DNA of 63,329 nucleotides, filler included, from Stramenopiles sp. TOSAG23-6 (taxonomy: Eukaryota), in the NCBI GenBank assembly GCA_900128565.1. It is 28 parts of 28 records of this genome, joined end to end, with 100 filler letters (N's around TTAATTAATTAA, not from the genome) between each part and the next. Parts side by side here need not be neighbours in the genome. Positions count along the whole stretch, not along the records: positions 61,177 to 63,329 come from LT638268.1; 27 more parts are not named here. One strand, given 5' to 3'. Position numbers and translations under genes: made by a program. A model generated the notes under the pieces. The model saw only the letters and a program-made list of their open reading frames with translations. It did not search any database and had not been told where the DNA came from. Positions 61,698 to 63,329 of the stretch are shown here, in pieces. The stretch's first letter is position 1. Every line of letters begins with the position of its first letter.

Positions 61698-63329
61698 TCA
61701 CAATGGTGGACTGCTGGCTCTTCCACTTTTACTTGATCGAGGTGATCTTGGTGGTGATGTTTTTTGAAAAAATATATTTCATTCAAAATTGGTGAGTTGA
61801 AAAATGTAAAGGTACAAAATTTTCCATAAAAAAAACAAAAAAACATTTTAAAAGTAAAAAAAAATAGTAAAAAATAGTGTAAAAAATAGTAAAAAAATAG
61901 TAAAACAAACCTACATCTTGGTGATCTTGGCGGTGAATGAAGAGGTGATGGTGATCGTGGAGTTAATTCTCCCCACGGAGATCGTGGATCTGTTGTTGGA
62001 TTTGCTCTTGGTGATATTGAAATCGAGTCTATATGAAATTTGGTACTTGATGAATTTCGAATTTGTTGAGTTCCAAATGAAGAAGACAATGTCATTTTTG
62101 AGGCGATTGTATTTGCCGTACTGGGAGAAATATTTGTTGAAGGGTTTACTGGAACGGTGGTATTTTTATGAATTGGACTGAATGCAGATTTAGTTTTATG
62201 TAGAGTTGATTGTATTGTTGATTTTGGTGATTGGAGTGGATTAGGGTTAGGGTTATGTGGATCAATAGTAGTAGTAGTATCTACTGTTGATTTTAATTTG
62301 ATTTGTTTGTTTTGATCTAATTCTGTAGATGCATTAATTTGTTTTATTTGATCTGCTTTTAATATAGTATCACCAATTGTGCTGTGATTTGTATCTGTAT
62401 TTCGTGGTGTATCTACTTCCTCTATTGTATATAAATCGTATTTAATATGTACAAATGTTGAAGGGAAGAAACCAACCATATGACGAATTTCACCTTTCCA
62501 CCAGCCACTCGCAGCTTGTTGTAATATTCTTATTAAATCGCCTTTTCTAAATGTTAATTCATTATTATCAGTTGCTACGTAATGTATTTTTGAGAAAATA
62601 TTTCAAAAAAAAAATCAAATTTTGTTAGGTACAAAATTGCCTACGAAAAAAAAAACATTAGGTTAAAAAATTAGGTGAAAAAAATGATTCTAAAAAAAAT
62701 GATGAGTAAAGACGTACATCCGCCAAAGCTATAGCCAATATAGAATTTTTGCCTCCTGGTGTTACGGGGGGCGAGTTGTATATAAAGTCTATATCATGGA
62801 TACCCGGTTCATTACGTGGATCATACGTATCCTGTATCATTTTGTTATTAGAATTTGAAATATCTGAAGATTTTTCTTCTATAGATTGCATGGCAAACGG
62901 TATTTTTGGTATTTTTGGTATTTTTGGTATTTTTGGTTGATTTTTCATACTAAATTTATTAAAACCTCTATATTTTCGACTGTCTCTTCGTAACTTGGCT
63001 ACAACGGGTGACAATCGTGATATTCTAGATGACATTGTTGTTGTTGTTGTTGTTGTTTTTGTTGAGGAATTATTTGAAACCTGAATGTTTTTATTTATGT
63101 TGTTTTCTTCAGAATCAGAATTTTCATTTGAAACTGATGGAAATGAAATAGATAGTGGTTTTATTACTATACTTAATTTTGGTTGTGGTTGTGGTATAGT
63201 GACGACAGATTGTTCTATTTGGTTTTGTGTTTTTTGTGTTTTTTGTGTTTTTTGTGGCGGAGGACCAAATGGTTTTGGTGGTTTTGGTGGTTTTGGTGGT
63301 TTTGGAGGTGGAGGACCAAATGGTTTTGG
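61698..63329 (-). CDS. SH3-domain protein with Pro-rich regions, 5' partial; introns 62582-62717 and 61757-61914
   Basis: AIALAD|YVATDNNELTFRKGDLIRIL...GWWKGE....GFFPSTFV. Confidence 0.88.
62582..62717 (-). mobile_element. Introner-like intron, GTACGT...AATACAT, inside the SH3 ALxDY motif
   Basis: gat|GTACGT...GTACCTAAC...CAT|tac; no AG between the branch motif and CAT. Confidence 0.85.

Noticed and set aside
18184-63329. Functional gene cluster across neighbouring contigs
   Set aside because: Contigs are ordered by length, so adjacency across linkers carries no biological meaning.

Overview
This window is not contiguous DNA. It is a pseudo-scaffold of about 28 size-sorted eukaryotic contigs of ~2.15-2.17 kb, joined by 100-nt N-TTAATTAATTAA-N linkers. 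The first contig is present 8 times identically (1-18084) and another twice (31803-36230), which is most likely dataset redundancy. The source is an AT-rich, gene-dense protist (inferred; standard code, TTAGGG-type repeats). Recognisable genes or fragments include a plant-type eIF4B-like protein, glutaryl-CoA dehydrogenase, an SNF2 helicase, proteasome RPT2, aminoacylase-1, Sec23-like, YchF/OLA1, an HBS1/eRF3-like GTPase, an ELO elongase, Nudix, aldo-keto reductase, and SH3, AP2, U-box, ankyrin and BspA-LRR proteins. Main discovery: one ~90-180 nt repeated element (GTAYGTTT...TTTCGTACGAAATTTTGTACCTAAC...TTTGAAATATTTTTCCAAAATACAT) interrupts many unrelated genes, always in sense orientation. 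Conserved reading frames are restored when it is removed as a GT...AT intron (about 20 complete cases); a minority of copies end in canonical AG. It is usually flanked by an AT direct repeat and has short inverted ends. It looks like an introner family creating non-canonical GT-AT introns at scale. Splice boundaries are inferred from reading frame only and need RNA evidence. A Skp1-like/LRR gene with one variable exon per repeat is a second notable locus.
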